The notes beneath the pieces are model-generated. The model did no database searches. It saw only the letters and a list, made by a program, of their open reading frames with translations, and was not told the origin of the DNA. A DNA stretch of 64,000 nucleotides from an uncultured Candidatus Entotheonella sp. Lineage in GTDB: Bacteria; Tectomicrobia; Entotheonellia; Entotheonellales; Entotheonellaceae. The position numbers and the translations under genes are program-made. This document shows, piece after piece, positions 62,246 through 64,000 of this stretch (position 1 is its first letter; each line of letters starts with the position of its first letter). Location of the stretch: positions 259,682 to 323,681 of the forward strand of contig CBDCDA010000002.1 of the NCBI GenBank assembly GCA_965215335.1. The letters run 5' to 3'.

Positions 62246-63642
62246 TTGCGTATTTCTTCCCGCCCGAATCGGCCCATCTGCTGGCTGGAGTTGCCCTTGC
62301 CCCGTGGCAACGTCCAGATCGCCTTGCAACGGAATCCCGCCTGCTCGGCAAAGTCGGAAAGAATCAGGTCCACGGGGGCTTCCTCGCCATGATAACGCAC
62401 GTTGTCGTTGACCATGAAGACGTGTCCGCCTGCGGCGACAACACGCGCCAGTTCATGGATGACGACAGCCATTTCGGTGAAGTAATGCTCGAGCAGACAG
62501 ATGACGTGCCGGTTGCCGAGTTCGGCTGTGTGAGAGCGGAGGATATCGAGCACCTCGCACAATGCAGGGTTGCTGTCCACCCTATCGAATACCCCGGTCA
62601 GGCTGGCCGCCCTTGCTTGGTACATGGCCGCCAGCTCGGCGCGTTTCGAGTGATTCTCGACGGTTGCGGACAGCAGCGTTTGGCGCAATGTCTTGAAACG
62701 ATGTTCGTCGTAACCGAGCCAGGCCAACTCCAGCGCGTAGGTACGAGTGTAGTCATACCGATTCGCATATGGGGGAGACGTGATCACGGTATCGAACTCA
62801 CCGGATGCAAGCCGGCTCAACTCGGTCAGACAAGAACCATCGACAAAGCGGGGGGTTGGCCCCGCGTATTGGCGCTTAAGGGCCGGCAAATCGTCGGCGA
62901 TCTGGCCCAGGCGGCGTGTCAGTACGTCACCGAGCGTCGGCAGGGCTCCTTTGTCCAATCGGGTGCTCCCCGTCCGGCCCGACCGTGGGTCCCAACGCAG
63001 ATACTGACCATCCTTGCGCGTGTAGCTGATTTCCTCAAGGGCCGTGACGCAGGCAGTCGTCAGCACCAGGGCCAATTCTGCGTCAGCTATTTTCGAAACG
63101 AACGTGCGGGCCTTGGCGATGTCCGCCTCAGCCCGCGGCGAGAAGGCGCCACGGGTAATGCGAACGTGTGGGAAGGCGTGTTCCGCATCGGGAACGCCAT
63201 GTTGCAGGTAATCCAGGAGAGCCCGCGAGGCGTCTGCAAGGTGCCGAGGATGGATGCCACGGACAACGACGGTGATGGCTCTTGCGACGAGGTTGCCTAC
63301 CTGCATGACCTCGATGCCCGTCGCTTCATGGCCTGTCCGGCTGGCCGTGAGAGCAGTGGTTCCCATACCGGAGAAGGGGTCCAGTACGCCCCCGTCGCCG
63401 TTGTAGCCAAGGAAGCGCTCAACGAGGGGGGCGGAAAAACCCTCCTTGTACTTCATCCAGCGAAAACCCGGGAGGTACTTATTTCCTTGATACGAAACGA
63501 GGCGTCGCGTGAGGTCGTGGTCAACGCTAATGCGGTCCGCAAAACGCGCGTGCAGCGCGGCGCGAGCGGACGTTGGTCCACCATTTGGCGATCCGGACAC
63601 ACCCGAAGCGTTGCGAAGGAAAGCAAAGGCGCCCTGAGTCAT
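62218..63642 (-). CDS. DNA methyltransferase, motif I (FSGMGTT), a long TRD, then motif IV (TSPPY); probable N4-cytosine (or N6-adenine) alpha-class enzyme
   Basis: 474-aa intact ORF. VLDPFSGMGTTALTA ... FDTVITSPPYANRYDY. Confidence 0.75.
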   Translation of the reverse strand: MTQGAFAFLRNASGVSGSPNGGPTSARAALHARFADRISVDHDLTRRLVSYQGNKYLPGFRWMKYKEGFSAPLVERFLGYNGDGGVLDPFSGMGTTALTASRTGHEATGIEVMQVGNLVARAITVVVRGIHPRHLADASRALLDYLQHGVPDAEHAFPHVRITRGAFSPRAEADIAKARTFVSKIADAELALVLTTACVTALEEISYTRKDGQYLRWDPRSGRTGSTRLDKGALPTLGDVLTRRLGQIADDLPALKRQYAGPTPRFVDGSCLTELSRLASGEFDTVITSPPYANRYDYTRTYALELAWLGYDEHRFKTLRQTLLSATVENHSKRAELAAMYQARAASLTGVFDRVDSNPALCEVLDILRSHTAELGNRHVICLLEHYFTEMAVVIHELARVVAAGGHVFMVNDNVRYHGEEAPVDLILSDFAEQAGFRCKAIWTLPRGKGNSSQQMGRFGREEIRKCVYHWVKP

Positions 63643-63808
63643 TTTGGCTGGCTCTCAAGCAGGCTTCAGAATCGTTGCGACGTTCGCCACGGCAGGCGCG
63701 GCATGCACCGGTTCACCAGAAAAGCTTATCGCATCAGATGGGCCGACCGCCAGCCCCCCGGTTACACGCCCAGAGGCGCAGCCGGAACCCGATCCCTCTA
63801 GCAGAGGC

Positions 63809-63838
63809 TTGACCGGATTCTTGAACCCTGGGTAATAT
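63809..63838 (+). promoter_or_regulatory. Candidate sigma70-type promoter for the last (partial) gene
   Basis: TTGACC (63809-63814), 18-nt spacer, TAATAT (63833-63838), 35 nt upstream of ATG 63873. Confidence 0.35.
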
Positions 63839-63872
63839 GGCACGAAGACGACCGCGCAGAAAGCAGGACGCC

Positions 63873-64000
63873 ATGGCCTACGGAGACCCCATGACGGTAT
63901 CATCTCCCCATCCCAACGACCCCGGCTGGCTCACCAAGCTCAGCACCGACAGCCAGGAAACCGCGGCGTATACGATGCCTGGGCCGAAGACTATGACCAG
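63873..64000 (+). CDS. Partial ORF, possibly a class I SAM-methyltransferase N-terminus with an apparent 1-nt frame problem
   Basis: The ATG 63873 frame gives MAYGDPMTVSSPHPNDPGWLTKLSTDSQETAAY. From 63968 the +1 frame reads VYDAWAEDYDQ, a common methyltransferase N-terminal motif. The window ends here. Confidence 0.25.
   Translation, partial: MAYGDPMTVSSPHPNDPGWLTKLSTDSQETAAYTMPGPKTMT

Noticed and set aside
1-64000. CRISPR arrays, rRNA genes, reverse transcriptases/retrons, toxin-antitoxin pairs, and multi-gene defence systems other than R-M
   Set aside because: Reading both strands I found no regularly spaced short repeats, no rRNA-like conserved stretches, no RT (YxDD) or cas-like ORFs, and no small overlapping gene pairs with TA-like features. 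Absence by eye is not proof; a proper scan (CRISPR finders, Infernal, defence-system HMM sets) should confirm it.
63873-64000. Frameshift in the last partial gene as a real pseudogene
   Set aside because: The inference rests on one motif (YDAWAEDYD) appearing in the +1 frame at the very edge of the window. There is too little sequence to separate a true indel from coincidence. It is kept only as a low-confidence feature.

Overview
64-kb, visibly GC-rich (by eye above 60% G+C, not computed) chromosomal segment of an LPS-making (diderm) bacterium. The taxon cannot be fixed from this window. The gene mix (HemQ, DapL, a bd-like oxidase next to an NxrC-like cytochrome, ITS-type tRNAs without rRNA) is reminiscent of Nitrospirota/NC10/Rokubacteria-type lineages, but that is speculation. 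In order: (1) NAD-kinase-like gene, DRG/TGS GTPase, rlmI, and an orphan tRNA-Ile(GAT)/tRNA-Ala(TGC) pair. (2) A decayed integrative island at tRNA-Ala (3.15-9.37 kb): frameshifted integrase, IS630 remnant, IS5-family element, frameshifted prim-pol/AAA replication gene, an IS66-family element without target duplication, and an IS5 end fragment. (3) Housekeeping genes: yjjX-like NTPase, dapL, a VOC epimerase, and a co-directional array hemQ, dapA-like, gmhA, hldE, kdsA, kdsD. (4) A low-GC SfiI-like type II R-M cassette dropped into that array. (5) msrB, NAD-linked formate dehydrogenase (alpha plus fused NuoE/F-like subunit), mobA, efp, and an NADPH oxidoreductase. (6) An ~18-kb respiratory supercluster: a CydA-like bd-like membrane protein without CydB, three membrane-anchored c-type cytochromes (one with an EB_dh/DOMON heme-b domain), then an A1-type aa3 oxidase (coxB, coxA), ctaA, ctaB, two subunit-III paralogs, subunit IV, DUF420, DUF983, a CopD-like protein and another cytochrome c. 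(7) A Usp-Usp-PCP_red-Zn-ribbon-PCP_red protein, an Mrp/NBP35 ATPase and a Zn-ribbon-PCP_red protein. (8) A RecB-like-nuclease/XPD-DinG helicase fusion directly downstream of a second low-GC R-M cassette, which is bracketed by ~60-bp diverged direct repeats of the helicase 5' end. (9) A second graveyard of mobile DNA: ISAzo13-type IS, IS5 fragment, relaxase pseudogene, IS481 fragment. (10) An exported 645-aa protein, a hydratase, and an ECF sigma/anti-sigma pair with two Spy/CpxP-like proteins. (11) A third, GC-rich R-M system with an intact SPPY methyltransferase but a frameshifted endonuclease abutting an IS4 remnant. I saw no rRNA genes, CRISPR arrays, reverse transcriptases or recognisable multi-gene defence systems other than R-M. 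The best candidates for poorly described biology are the bd-like/cytochrome c/EB_dh module and the Usp/PCP_red/Mrp module. All calls rest on reading the supplied translations and sequence by eye; no searches were run.
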